64,000 bases of DNA. It comes from an uncultured bacterium (GTDB taxonomy: Bacteria > Gemmatimonadota > Gemmatimonadetes > Gemmatimonadales > GWC2-71-9). The position numbers were made by a program, and so were the translations under genes. Where the stretch lies: positions 15,321-79,320 of the forward strand of contig CBFGRM010000002.1 in NCBI GenBank assembly GCA_965651205.1. Direction: 5' to 3'. A model generated the notes under the pieces. That model saw only the letters and a program-made list of their open reading frames with translations. It had not been told where the DNA came from and did not search any database. This document shows, piece by piece, positions 1 to 14,558 of this stretch; position 1 is the stretch's first letter, and the number at the start of each line of letters is the position of its first letter.

Positions 1-263
1 GTGTTGCGATCCCAGAGCACCAGCGTCTCGCGCTGGTTGGTGATGCCGATGGCATCGGGAATTGCACCGGAACGTTCAACGGCCTCGCGACCAGCGGCGA
101 TCAACGTGTCGAACAGGTCGGCGGGATCGTGCTCGACCTGGCCCGAGGCCGGGAAGTGCTGCGGCACCTCGCGATAACCGCGCGCCAGCACCCGGCCGTC
201 ACCACCTATGAGCAGTGCGGTCGAGCCGGTCGTGCCCTGATCGAGGGCGAGGATGTGGGGCAT
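1..263 (-). CDS. glpK: glycerol kinase, N-terminal part (gene continues beyond window start)
   Basis: Reverse translation from ATG 263..261 gives MPHILALDQGTTGSTALL...AIGITNQRETLVLWDRN, the FGGY/glycerol kinase N-terminal signature. Confidence 0.85.
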   Translation of the reverse strand, partial: MPHILALDQGTTGSTALLIGGDGRVLARGYREVPQHFPASGQVEHDPADLFDTLIAAGREAVERSGAIPDAIGITNQRETLVLWDRN

Positions 264-283
264 CAGGAGAATGTACCGCAGGG

Positions 284-840
284 CCCCGTGTCGCTGAAGC
301 GACGGGGTGCCTCTCACGATTCCCGCCGATTTGCTCACGGCTGAAGAGACGGGGCCCCTCTCACAATTCCCGTCGATTTGCTCACGGCTGAAGCCGCGGC
401 TCGGCGGGGCCTGGCGGCCCCGTGTCGCTGAAGCGACGGGGCCCTCTCACCGTTCCCGTCGGTTTGCTCACGGCTGAAGCGACGGGGCCCTCTCACCGTT
501 CCCGTCGGTTTACCGACACCGCCGACTTCAGTCGGCGGCCGAGCCGCGGGTTTACCCGCGAGCTCTACGGCCCCGCGAGCTCCACGGCCCCGCGAGCTCT
601 ACGACCCCGCGAGCTCCCGGCCCCGTGTCGCTGAAGCGACGGGGCCCTCTCACCGTTCCCGTCGGTTTGCTCACGGCTGAAGCGACGGGGCCCTCTCACC
701 GTTCCCGTCGGTTTACCGACACCGCCGACTTCAGTCGGCGGCCGAGCCGCGGGTTTACCCGCGAGCTCTACGGCCCCGCGAGCTCTACGGCCCCGCGAGC
801 TCCACGGCCCCGCGAGCTCCCGGCCCCGCGAGCTCGGAGC
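284..840. repeat. nested tandem-repeat array: ~46-nt hairpin units, a double-hairpin module, 15-nt repeats, and a near-identical 203-bp tandem duplication (418..620 / 621..823)
   Basis: Direct reading: units GCTGAAGCGACGGGGCCCTCTCACCGTTCCCGTCGGTTTGCTCACG repeat. CCGCCGAC-TTCA-GTCGGCGG and CGCGGG-TTTA-CCCGCG are hairpins. (CCCCGCGAGCTCYACGG)n forms 15-mers. ORFs 422..634 and 625..870 are the same sequence shifted by 203 nt. Confidence 0.9.
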
Positions 841-866
841 GCCTCACCTCTACATATATTCAACCA

Positions 867-1652
867 ATGACCTACTCCACGCTCCTCTACGCCGTCGACG
901 CCGACGGGATCGCCACTGCGACGATAAACCGTCCCGACAAGTTGAACGCCCTCAACGCCCAGGTCATCGCCGACCTCGGCCGCTTGGCCGGCGAGGTCGA
1001 ACGCGACAAGGCCGTCCGCGCCCTGATCATCACCGGCAGTGGCCCCAAGGCGTTCGTGGCAGGCGCCGACATCGCCGAACTTGCCGAGGTAGATGGCGGC
1101 GAGGGTCGCAAGCTCGCCGAGCGCGGCCAGGCGGTGTTCCGTTCGATCGAGAAGCTCCACAAGCCGGTGATCGCCGCGGTCAACGGCTTTGCCCTGGGGG
1201 GTGGTTGCGAGCTGGCAATGGCCTGCCATATCCGCGTCGCCTCCCCCAACGCCAGGTTCGGCCAGCCGGAGGTGCGCCTCGGCCTGATCCCGGGCTACGG
1301 CGGCACTGTGCGGCTGCCGCGGCTGGTGGGCAGGGGCATCGCCACCGAATTGCTGCTCACCGCCCGGATGGTCGACGCGGATGAGGCAGCACGAATCGGC
1401 CTCGTCAATCGGGTGGTCCCCGCCGAGTCACTGCTCGATGAGGCGCGAGCAGTCGCCACGAGCATCCTCGAGATGGGACCACTGGCGGTGGCAATCTGCC
1501 TCGACCAGATCGACCGGTCGCTCGACTCACCGATGGATCGCGCGATGGAACTGGAGGCCGAGGCATTTGGCGCAGCCTGCGCCAGCGAAGACAAGCAGGA
1601 GGGAACCGCCGCGTTCCTGGCCAAGCGACCGGCCAAGTTCACCGGCCGCTGA
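867..1652 (+). CDS. enoyl-CoA hydratase (crotonase family)
   Basis: 261 aa with crotonase motifs: INRPDKLNALN, ITGSGPKAFVAGADI, NGFALGGGCELAMACH, GQPEVRLGLIPGYGGT. Confidence 0.9.
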   Translation: MTYSTLLYAVDADGIATATINRPDKLNALNAQVIADLGRLAGEVERDKAVRALIITGSGPKAFVAGADIAELAEVDGGEGRKLAERGQAVFRSIEKLHKPVIAAVNGFALGGGCELAMACHIRVASPNARFGQPEVRLGLIPGYGGTVRLPRLVGRGIATELLLTARMVDADEAARIGLVNRVVPAESLLDEARAVATSILEMGPLAVAICLDQIDRSLDSPMDRAMELEAEAFGAACASEDKQEGTAAFLAKRPAKFTGR

Positions 1653-2688
1653 CGACGATGCGGGCCGCGTCCCTGGCGGTGCGCGGCTTCCGCAATCTCG
1701 CCGACACCACCCTCGAACTGCCGCCCGGCGGCGTGGTGGTGCTGGGACCCAACGGTCACGGCAAGACCAACCTGCTGGAGGCGCTGGCCTACCCGGTGCT
1801 GTTCCGGTCGCTGAGGGGCAGTCGCGATCGCGATGTGGCCCGCTTCGGCGGCATCGGCTTCCACGTGGCCATAGCCCGCGACGATCAGGTCACCATCGGG
1901 ACCACGTGGGAAGCCACCACGGCACGCAAGCGGGTGACCGTCGACGGCATCGAACGCGACCGGATCACCGACGCGCTGGGCGAGTGGCTGGCGGTGGCAT
2001 TCCTGCCCACCGACCTGGCCCTGGTCCAGGATGGTGCCGCCACCCGCCGTCGCTGGTTGGACCGGATGCTCTCCCTGGGCTCGGCACCTTATCTTGAGGC
2101 ACTGCTGCGCTACCGTGCCGCGGTGGCCCAGAGGAATGCGGCGCTGCGGCGGGGCGACCGGACAACCGCATCGGCGTTCAATGTCCCGCTGATGCGAAGT
2201 GGTGCGACAGTGGTTGCGGCTCGACTGGACTGGCTGGAACGCGCCGGGACAACGTGGCGAGATGAACTGGCGCGATCGGGAGAACCGCTCGACGTCGGAA
2301 TCCGTTACCGGGGTGACACGACACTGGTCGACGAGTCGCGCTGGCCGGAACTGCTGGAACGCTCGATCGCACGTGACGTGGAGCGAGGACAGACTCACGT
2401 CGGGCCGCACCGCGACGACCTGGTCCTCACGCTGGCGGGGCGCTCGCTCAGGCAGTTCGGCTCCACCGGACAGCAGCGCAGCGCGGCGATCGCGTTGAGG
2501 TTGCTCGAGCACGACACCATATCGTCGCGACGAGGAACCAATCCGGCGCTGCTGGTCGACGATGTGTTCGCGGAACTCGATGCGACCAGGCAGGACCTGC
2601 TGGCGACCAGACTTATGGCAAGCGGCTCGCAACTGGTGGTCACTGCGCCGCGAGCAGCAGATGTACCGGATCGATTGGAGGCAGCGCG

Positions 2689-4987
<2,299 letters not shown>

Positions 4988-5092
4988 AAAAGGGAGAGGG
5001 GAGAAGGGAAAAGGGAGAATTGCCTGCATCCCCTCTCCCTTCTCCCTTCTCCCTTCTCCCTTCTCCCTTCTCCCTTCTCCCTTCTCCCTTCA
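4988..5092. terminator. long imperfect hairpin made of 7-nt tandem repeats (GGGAGAA-type arm / (TCTCCCT)n arm) between convergent gyrB and a lipoprotein gene
   Basis: The purine-rich arm is GGGAGAGGGGAGAAGGGAAAAGGGAGAA (4992..5019) and the loop is TTGCCTGCA. The complementary arm is TCCCCTC followed by about eight copies of TCCCTTC (5029..5090). Confidence 0.7.
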
Positions 5093-6062
5093 CTACTGCT
5101 CCACGATCTTGAACAGCTTCAGCACGGCATTCCCCACGTACGCGGTGTCGGTGGGCGCGCAGGCCATTGCGACCCAGCTTCCAGCCACCGACCAGGCTTC
5201 GCTCCGGCCGCGAAAGCCCGGACAGGCCACGGTTGCCCTGCCAAGGAACTCCGTGTCGGCGAATGCGTCGGCATAGACCGAGTCACCCGCCGGGCCGAAA
5301 ATCCAGAACCTGCCAGAGCCGTCGATCGCGGCCGGCAGGAAGGTCGTAAAATGCGGATGCCTGGATTCCAGAAGCTCGGCGCGCTTGGCTTCGAGTGCAC
5401 TCGGCGTCGCACGCCGCCCTGGCGGTGATTCCTGCCACGATGTGAACGCCGCCTCGGCCTGCGCGCTCGTGAGGGCAGACCGGTCGACGTTCCTGCTGAT
5501 GACACGCGCCAACTTGCCGGTCCAGTCGTACAGCCCAAGCCGGTAGCTCGCAGCATCGCCGACCAGGAACCCGTTCCTCCACACCCCGAAGCTGGGCTGG
5601 AAGTCTTCATCCTCGAGAGCCTGCTTCACCGATGCCAGCAGCGTATCAGTCGAGCCCAATCTTTGTCATCTCCATCACCGTGGCACCGTGACTGTCCACT
5701 TTCAGCGGTCGAGGCACCTGGAGTTCCCCTGGGCCCGAGCCTGTCTTGCCGAATCGGTACAGTTCCTTGCCCGATGAATCCACCACCAGCATCTGATTGC
5801 CGGAAGGATGATTGGCAAACATCAGGACCGCGCCGTCCGGACCGACCACAAGTTGCCCGCCGAGAGTCGGCGGGCTCAGGTCCGGATCGGTCGACACATA
5901 TCGCTCGACCAGTTGCGGCATCGTGGCAGTGATGGGTGGCGGTGGTTCGGTCGTCTCGGGTGTGCGGTCTCCGCAAGCTGCCACGGACCACATCAGGGAG
6001 ACTACCGCGAGCGTCGCAATGAGTGTCTGGGTCCTGGGTTGCCTGGGCAACACTGGTGTCAT
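5093..6062 (-). pseudogene. beta-propeller-type lipoprotein split into two overlapping ORFs (5646..6062 and 5093..5659); frameshift, assembly error or two genes
   Basis: The upstream ORF has a lipoprotein signal (LAVVSLMWSVAAC) and GKTGSGPGEL. It stops at 5646, while the next frame continues from a TTG at 5659. Combined length is ~340 aa. Confidence 0.4.
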
Positions 6063-6100
6063 CTCGCCTTCTCGCTTTTCGCCTTCTCGCCCTCTCGCTT

Positions 6101-6342
6101 TCAAAGTATCCCCGGCAACCCGCTCCGGGACGTGCCCGGACCCCAGTCATCGTCGTCGCCTTCTTCGCCCAGTGCCTCGTTGATCGGGCGAGCGGCAGAA
6201 TCTTCTGCCAGTTCCGCTTCGGCGATGGCCAGTTCGTCCTTGTCCATCGGAGTCGACACGTCGTCCTCGGGAGCCGGCGCCGGCCTGCCTCGTCCGAATC
6301 CCATCAACCACATCAGTGCAGCTATCAGGACTGCGGCCCCGA

Positions 6343-6358
<16 letters not shown>
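6101..6358 (-). CDS. small membrane-anchored acidic protein, hypothetical
   Basis: 85 aa with one N-terminal TM helix (SLIGAAVLIAALMWLMGF) and an acidic tail. Its start overlaps the deoA stop by 16 nt. Confidence 0.45.
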
Positions 6359-9755
<3,397 letters not shown>

Positions 9756-9767
9756 CTTCGGCTACCG

Positions 9768-10307
9768 ATGTCATTCCTCTGCATTGCCCCGGAATCGCTC
9801 CGCCGCCTCCGCCGGAAACTCGAAGCCCACGACCCTGCGCTGGCCGCATCGCTGCTGCACGATGCCGGCTTCGCCACCGGCGAGGCGCTGGTCAGGGCCT
9901 GGCCCGAGCGCATCCGTGAGCGCACCGGCCTGGACGACGCCGACCGACTCGATCAGCGCTGGTTCGGTCCACTGCTGGCCGAAGCCGCTCGCGAGTTCGG
10001 CTGGGGCGACCCGACAATCTCCGCACTGGGCGATGATGCGATGTTGCTGGAGGCGGAGGATTGGTCGGAGTCCGGGACCGATTCGTCGGCACAGCCGGCC
10101 TGTCACTTCACGGCCGGCGCACTGGCAGCATTCCTGAGCGGGCTGGCTGGTGCCCCGATCGCGGTGCTTGAAGTGGAGTGTCGCTCGATGGGCAAGTCAC
10201 GCTGTGCTTTCCTGGCGGGGTCACCAGCGACGATGTCGGCAACCTGGGACCTGATGGTGGCAGGTGGCGACTGGCGTGACAACTTCGCCGCCGCACATAC
10301 CGACTGA
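9768..10307 (+). CDS. V4R (4-vinyl reductase-like) domain protein, hypothetical
   Basis: The C-terminal pattern CHFTAGALAAFLSGLAG...EVECRSMGKSRCAFL resembles the Cys-containing V4R small-molecule-binding domain. Confidence 0.5.
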   Translation: MSFLCIAPESLRRLRRKLEAHDPALAASLLHDAGFATGEALVRAWPERIRERTGLDDADRLDQRWFGPLLAEAAREFGWGDPTISALGDDAMLLEAEDWSESGTDSSAQPACHFTAGALAAFLSGLAGAPIAVLEVECRSMGKSRCAFLAGSPATMSATWDLMVAGGDWRDNFAAAHTD

Positions 10308-10308
10308 A

Positions 10309-10818
10309 TCAGCCACCAACCAGGTCGCGCAAGTCGGGCCGCATCACCAGCTCACCGTTCTCGACCACCTCACGATCCCAGGGCAGGATGATCGCCTTCT
10401 CCGTTTCGAAGGCGTGGAAGTCGGGTTGATACGGGCCGGTCCGGAACGACACCGCGGTCCGAATCGCGCTGGGACCCACCTGCTGCAACTCGTGGATCGC
10501 CAGCTTGAGCGTATCGCCGGTGTCGCAGGTTTCGTCCACCAGCAGCACCCGGCGACCCTGCACTATGTCGGGTGGGCCGGCAACAAGTAGTGGGGCCTCG
10601 CCCGGTTCCGGCCGGGCGATGACTATGGAGGCGAACTCACGTTGCAGGATCGAGGCGATGATCGCCGCCGGGATCACCCCGGCCTTGGCCACCCCCACCA
10701 CCACCTCGGGGTCGTATCCCCGCGAGACGTGCAGGGCCAGTGCCCGGCACAACTCGCCGAAGAAGGGCCAGTCGATCTCGAGGATGTCGCGACTTGGGGT
10801 AGGTCGAGGTCTCGGCAC
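10309..10818 (-). CDS. phosphoribosyltransferase (purine PRT-like)
   Basis: 169 aa with the PRPP-binding loop VLLVDETCDTGDTL and the VVGVAKAGVIPAAI motif. Confidence 0.8.
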   Translation of the reverse strand: MPRPRPTPSRDILEIDWPFFGELCRALALHVSRGYDPEVVVGVAKAGVIPAAIIASILQREFASIVIARPEPGEAPLLVAGPPDIVQGRRVLLVDETCDTGDTLKLAIHELQQVGPSAIRTAVSFRTGPYQPDFHAFETEKAIILPWDREVVENGELVMRPDLRDLVGG

Positions 10819-10948
10819 ACAGTCTCCCGGGAGCAGGGCTGGCAGAATCCTGCTTGAAGGTACACCGTGGCGGCGGTGCGCGTTGCCCGCCCCCCAGCCG
10901 CGGGCCTAACTTAGGGGCAATGCTGCGACTGTCCCGAGGTGCCCGGAT

Positions 10949-11392
10949 ATGAGCTGGTGGAAGCGGATCCTCACCGGAGACGATGAGACGCTAACCCCAA
11001 GGCGACTCGACTACCTCAACGAAGGCCTGGCGCTCGAGCGCCAGGGCGACTTCGAGGGGGCGGTTACATCCTACCAGCTCGCCCTTCGTGACCAGCCCCA
11101 CAACGTCAAGGTCCTCCAGTACATCGCGATCGCCCTTTCCAAGACCGGGCGCATCGAGGAGGCCATCCGGCACTACCGCCGGGCCCTCGAGCTGGACCCC
11201 GACCTGGTGGGCGCACACTACGGCGTGGCGTTCCTGCTGCTGCGGCGCGGTGACAACGAGCGCGCCGCCGAGCACCTGCGGGCGTTCCTCGCCAGGCCAC
11301 CACGCGACGCCGAGATGTCGCGGTGGGTGGGTCACGCGCGCGAGACGCTCGACCGGATCAGCACGGTGCCGGCAACCGAGGGGAACGAATGA
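10949..11392 (+). CDS. TPR-repeat protein
   Basis: 147 aa with repeated A..Y..AL...P....A....G TPR pattern. Confidence 0.65.
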   Translation: MSWWKRILTGDDETLTPRRLDYLNEGLALERQGDFEGAVTSYQLALRDQPHNVKVLQYIAIALSKTGRIEEAIRHYRRALELDPDLVGAHYGVAFLLLRRGDNERAAEHLRAFLARPPRDAEMSRWVGHARETLDRISTVPATEGNE

Positions 11393-11790
11393 TGATCCCG
11401 AAGCACCGATTGCTGCTGCTGGCATTGATAGCGGGTTGTGCCAATCTGCCGTCGACCACCGACGGAGTCGTCGCGCTGGAAATCGACATCCCGAGTCCGC
11501 TCACGATGATCGAGGGTTCCAGCCGGCAATTGACCGCGCGAGCATTCAACAGCGCTGGCGAGCAGGTGACCACGGCGATCTGGTGGCGCACCCCGGACAC
11601 CACCATCGTGGTCGACTCCGCCACCGGACTTGTCACCGCCGTGGCTGCCTCGGGTGTTGGTCGGGTGCAGGCGAGTGCCGGCACGCTGCGTTCCGACCTG
11701 ATAACCTTCACGCTTCAACCAGACCCCGATGCCCAGCCGGAACCGGAGCCGGAACCGGAGCCCGACCCGGAGCCCGATCCGGAGACCTGA
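11389..11790 (+). CDS. lipoprotein with Ig-like (Big_2-like) domain and (PE/PD)n C-terminal tail
   Basis: ATGATG start overlaps the TPR gene stop. The signal is MMIPKHRLLLLALIAGC and the tail is PDAQPEPEPEPEPDPEPDPET. Confidence 0.6.
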   Translation: MMIPKHRLLLLALIAGCANLPSTTDGVVALEIDIPSPLTMIEGSSRQLTARAFNSAGEQVTTAIWWRTPDTTIVVDSATGLVTAVAASGVGRVQASAGTLRSDLITFTLQPDPDAQPEPEPEPEPDPEPDPET

Positions 11791-11832
11791 CCCGCCTTCC
11801 TGCACCGCACCGGTGCCTGCCCAGGAGTACCG

Positions 11833-13629
11833 ATGCCTGCCACTCTCAACGAACTGTTCTTCGAGGCACTCGACCGCCACGGTGACCTGCCGGCCGCCTA
11901 TCGTCACAAGGTGAGTGGGCGCTGGCAGCCGATCACCCACGCCGAGTTGCACCGTCGGGTGCGCGCCGTGAGTGCCGGGCTGCGAAGCAGCGGAGTGAAC
12001 GCGGGCGATCGGGTTGCGATTCTCTCCGAGAACCGGATCGAATGGGCAATCACGGATTACGCCTGCCTGACCGTGCGCTGTGCCGATGTACCGGTGTACC
12101 CCACACTGCCGTCGCACCAGATCGAATACATCCTCCGCGACGCCGGTTGCAAGGCGGTGTTCTGTTCCGACGCAACCCAGCTCGAAAAGATCCGTGAGAT
12201 CCGCGCCAACCTGCCGACGCTGGAACTGGTGGTGGCGTTCGACGACGGGATCGCCGGTGACGGTGAGCGGCAGTTCAGCGAGTTCGAGGCGGCCGGCGCT
12301 GCGGAGATCGACCGGTGGCCCGACTGGCGCGCCGAGGCACTGCAGGTGACCGCGGATGACCTGGCCACGCTGATCTACACCTCGGGGACCACCGGTGACC
12401 CCAAGGGCGTGATGCTTTCGCACGGCAACATCACCAGCAATGTCGTTGCGTCGCTGCAGGTACTGGAATTGCGCCCGGGATCGGACTGCCTCTCGTTCCT
12501 GCCGCTGTCGCACATCTTCGAGCGGATGGTGGGTCACTACCTGATGCTCAAGGCAGGCGTGATCATCAACTACGCCAGCAGCATCGACGCGGTGGCTGCG
12601 GAGATGATGGAGGTCCGGCCCCACCTGATGGCCAGCGTGCCACGGTTGTACGAGAAGATCTATGCCCGGGTGGTGGAGTCTGCCGCGGAGGGAAGTCGAC
12701 TCAAGCGGGCGATCTTCGAGTGGGCCCGTGCCACCGGCGAGAAGCTGCTCGACTATCGCACCGAGAAGCGCAGCCCGTCCTGGTTGCTGCTGGCCGCGAG
12801 CCGCGTGGCCGACCGGCTCCTCTTTGCCAAGCTGCGGGCGCGCCTGGGTGGTCGCTTCGAGTTTGCCGTGTCCGGCGGCGCACCGCTCAACCCCGAGATC
12901 TGTCGCTTCTTCCTGGCCGCCCGCATCCCGATCCTCGAGGGCTACGGACTGACCGAGACCTCGCCGGTGATCACCGTCAATCGGATGGAGTTGATCAAGC
13001 CGGGAACGGTGGGGCCGCCGATTCCCGGCGTGGAGGTGAAGATCGCCGAAGATGGCGAGATTCTCACCCGTGGCCCGCACGTGATGCTCGGTTACTACCA
13101 GAACCCGGCCGCCACCAGCGAGGCGATCGACGGTGACGGCTGGTTCCACACCGGCGACATCGGCGAGATCGACGCCGATGGCTACCTGCGGATCACCGAT
13201 CGCAAGAAGGACCTGATCGTCACCGCGGGCGGCAAGAACATCGCGCCGCAACCGATCGAGGCACTGTTCAAGACCAGCCCCTTCTTCACCAATGCCGTGA
13301 TGCTGGGCGACAAGCGCCGCTTCCCGATGATGATCCTGGTGCCCAACTTCGACACCCTCCGCGGTTGGACCTCTCACAAGGGGATCACCGAACAGGACCG
13401 CGCCCGGCTGGTCGCGATGCCGGAGGTGAAGGAGAAGCTCGAGCGCGAAGCGCGCAAGCTGATGCGCGACCTGGCCCACTACGAGACGCCGAAAAAGTTC
13501 CTGATCATCCCCACCGACTTCACCATCGACGGTGGCGAACTCACTCCCAAGCTGTCGGTCAGGCGCAAGGTGGTGGAGGAAAAGTGGCGGGCTGAGATCG
13601 AGGCGATCTACGGCGAGGGAGAAGCGTAG
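11833..13629 (+). CDS. fadD: long-chain fatty acid-CoA ligase (AMP-binding enzyme)
   Basis: 598 aa with the AMP-binding motifs LIYTSGTTGDPKGVMLSH, GYGLTETSP, HTGDIG and DRKKDLIVTAGGKNIAP. Confidence 0.9.
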   Translation: MPATLNELFFEALDRHGDLPAAYRHKVSGRWQPITHAELHRRVRAVSAGLRSSGVNAGDRVAILSENRIEWAITDYACLTVRCADVPVYPTLPSHQIEYILRDAGCKAVFCSDATQLEKIREIRANLPTLELVVAFDDGIAGDGERQFSEFEAAGAAEIDRWPDWRAEALQVTADDLATLIYTSGTTGDPKGVMLSHGNITSNVVASLQVLELRPGSDCLSFLPLSHIFERMVGHYLMLKAGVIINYASSIDAVAAEMMEVRPHLMASVPRLYEKIYARVVESAAEGSRLKRAIFEWARATGEKLLDYRTEKRSPSWLLLAASRVADRLLFAKLRARLGGRFEFAVSGGAPLNPEICRFFLAARIPILEGYGLTETSPVITVNRMELIKPGTVGPPIPGVEVKIAEDGEILTRGPHVMLGYYQNPAATSEAIDGDGWFHTGDIGEIDADGYLRITDRKKDLIVTAGGKNIAPQPIEALFKTSPFFTNAVMLGDKRRFPMMILVPNFDTLRGWTSHKGITEQDRARLVAMPEVKEKLEREARKLMRDLAHYETPKKFLIIPTDFTIDGGELTPKLSVRRKVVEEKWRAEIEAIYGEGEA

Positions 13630-13757
13630 AGTCGACGCCACAGTGCTGTGATGCCGCCACAGAGTGGCCTTCCGGCCAGCTTGGCCGGCCTCGACGCCCT
13701 GATGGCAAGCCATTGCACTGCAACAACTTGCGCCTCTGGTCCGGGCTTCCGGTTTGT

Positions 13758-13772
13758 TGGCACAGGCCCTGC
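13758..13772 (+). promoter_or_regulatory. candidate sigma-54 (-24/-12) promoter for the PEP-CTERM protein gene
   Basis: TGGCACaggccCTGC matches TGGCAC-N5-TTGC with correct GG/GC spacing and one mismatch. It lies 38 nt upstream of ATG 13810. Confidence 0.4.
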
Positions 13773-13809
13773 GCACAGTCCGGCTGAACCCCGGATCACA
13801 GGAGCATCG

Positions 13810-14538
13810 ATGCGAGCCCGATTTATTGCAGCAGCGGTCCTGGCAATGGCGATCCCAGCCGTTGTCGGCGCCCAGAACAACACCGGCGGAAGCGGCTGGA
13901 CCGTTGACCGCAACGTCAACCCCGGCGACTTCGGAAGCTGGACCGGTCCGCAGGCCGTGGCGGTGCCCGGCAGCGGCCAGCCCGATGTCTGGACCACTGA
14001 CGGCAACGCGAGCTGGATCAGCGCCTGGGGCAACTTCAGCGGCCCCGGCGGTGCCGGTGATTACAATCGCACCAACGACGCCAATCACCGCTACACCTAT
14101 CTCTTCACGTACACCTTCGGCGCCCCGCTCGGTGGCGGCTCGATCGCGTTCGATATGGGATGGGACAACATCCTCAAGAGCTTCCAGTTCGACAACGGCG
14201 GGGTGCTCTCGCCGGTGAGCGCCTACAACATCGCCGGCGCGGGCCAGCAGACTCCAGTCGATCAGTGGTTCGGCTTCTGCCGTACCGGTGACGCGATGTA
14301 CCCCTCGGGCAACGGCGTCTGCACCACCTCATTCGTGGTGCCGGTTGCCGCTGGCGCCACCTCGATGACCTTCGAGCTGTGGGGCGATGGCCAGACCGAC
14401 GCGATGTGGCTGGCCTGGGATCAGGCGTCGATCCCCACCGAAACCGTCCCCGAGCCGGCGACGATGACGCTGCTCGCGACCGGCCTCGCCGGCCTGGCGG
14501 GATCCTCGATCCGTCGGCGCCGCCAGCGTCAGTCGTAA
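13810..14538 (+). CDS. secreted PEP-CTERM sorting-domain protein
   Basis: AGGAG lies 6 nt before ATG 13810. The signal peptide is MRARFIAAAVLAMAIPAVVGAQ, and the C-terminus VPEPATMTLLATGLAGLAGSSIRRRR is a PEP-CTERM anchor. Confidence 0.8.
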   Translation: MRARFIAAAVLAMAIPAVVGAQNNTGGSGWTVDRNVNPGDFGSWTGPQAVAVPGSGQPDVWTTDGNASWISAWGNFSGPGGAGDYNRTNDANHRYTYLFTYTFGAPLGGGSIAFDMGWDNILKSFQFDNGGVLSPVSAYNIAGAGQQTPVDQWFGFCRTGDAMYPSGNGVCTTSFVVPVAAGATSMTFELWGDGQTDAMWLAWDQASIPTETVPEPATMTLLATGLAGLAGSSIRRRRQRQS

Positions 14539-14558
14539 CTGGTTTCGCGATCCGGGGC

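Noticed and set aside
284-840. A possible CRISPR array.
   Set aside because: The repeats are contiguous and nested, with no unique spacers of regular length. There are no cas genes in the window, and the units are imperfect at the 5' end of the array in a pattern of decay rather than spacer acquisition.
422-870. ORFs 422..634 and 625..870, which translate to nearly identical proteins (MSLKRRGPLTVPVGLL...).
   Set aside because: They are the same 203-bp tandem duplication read in one frame. They have no SD, and their composition is dictated by the hairpin repeats, so they are not credible coding sequence.
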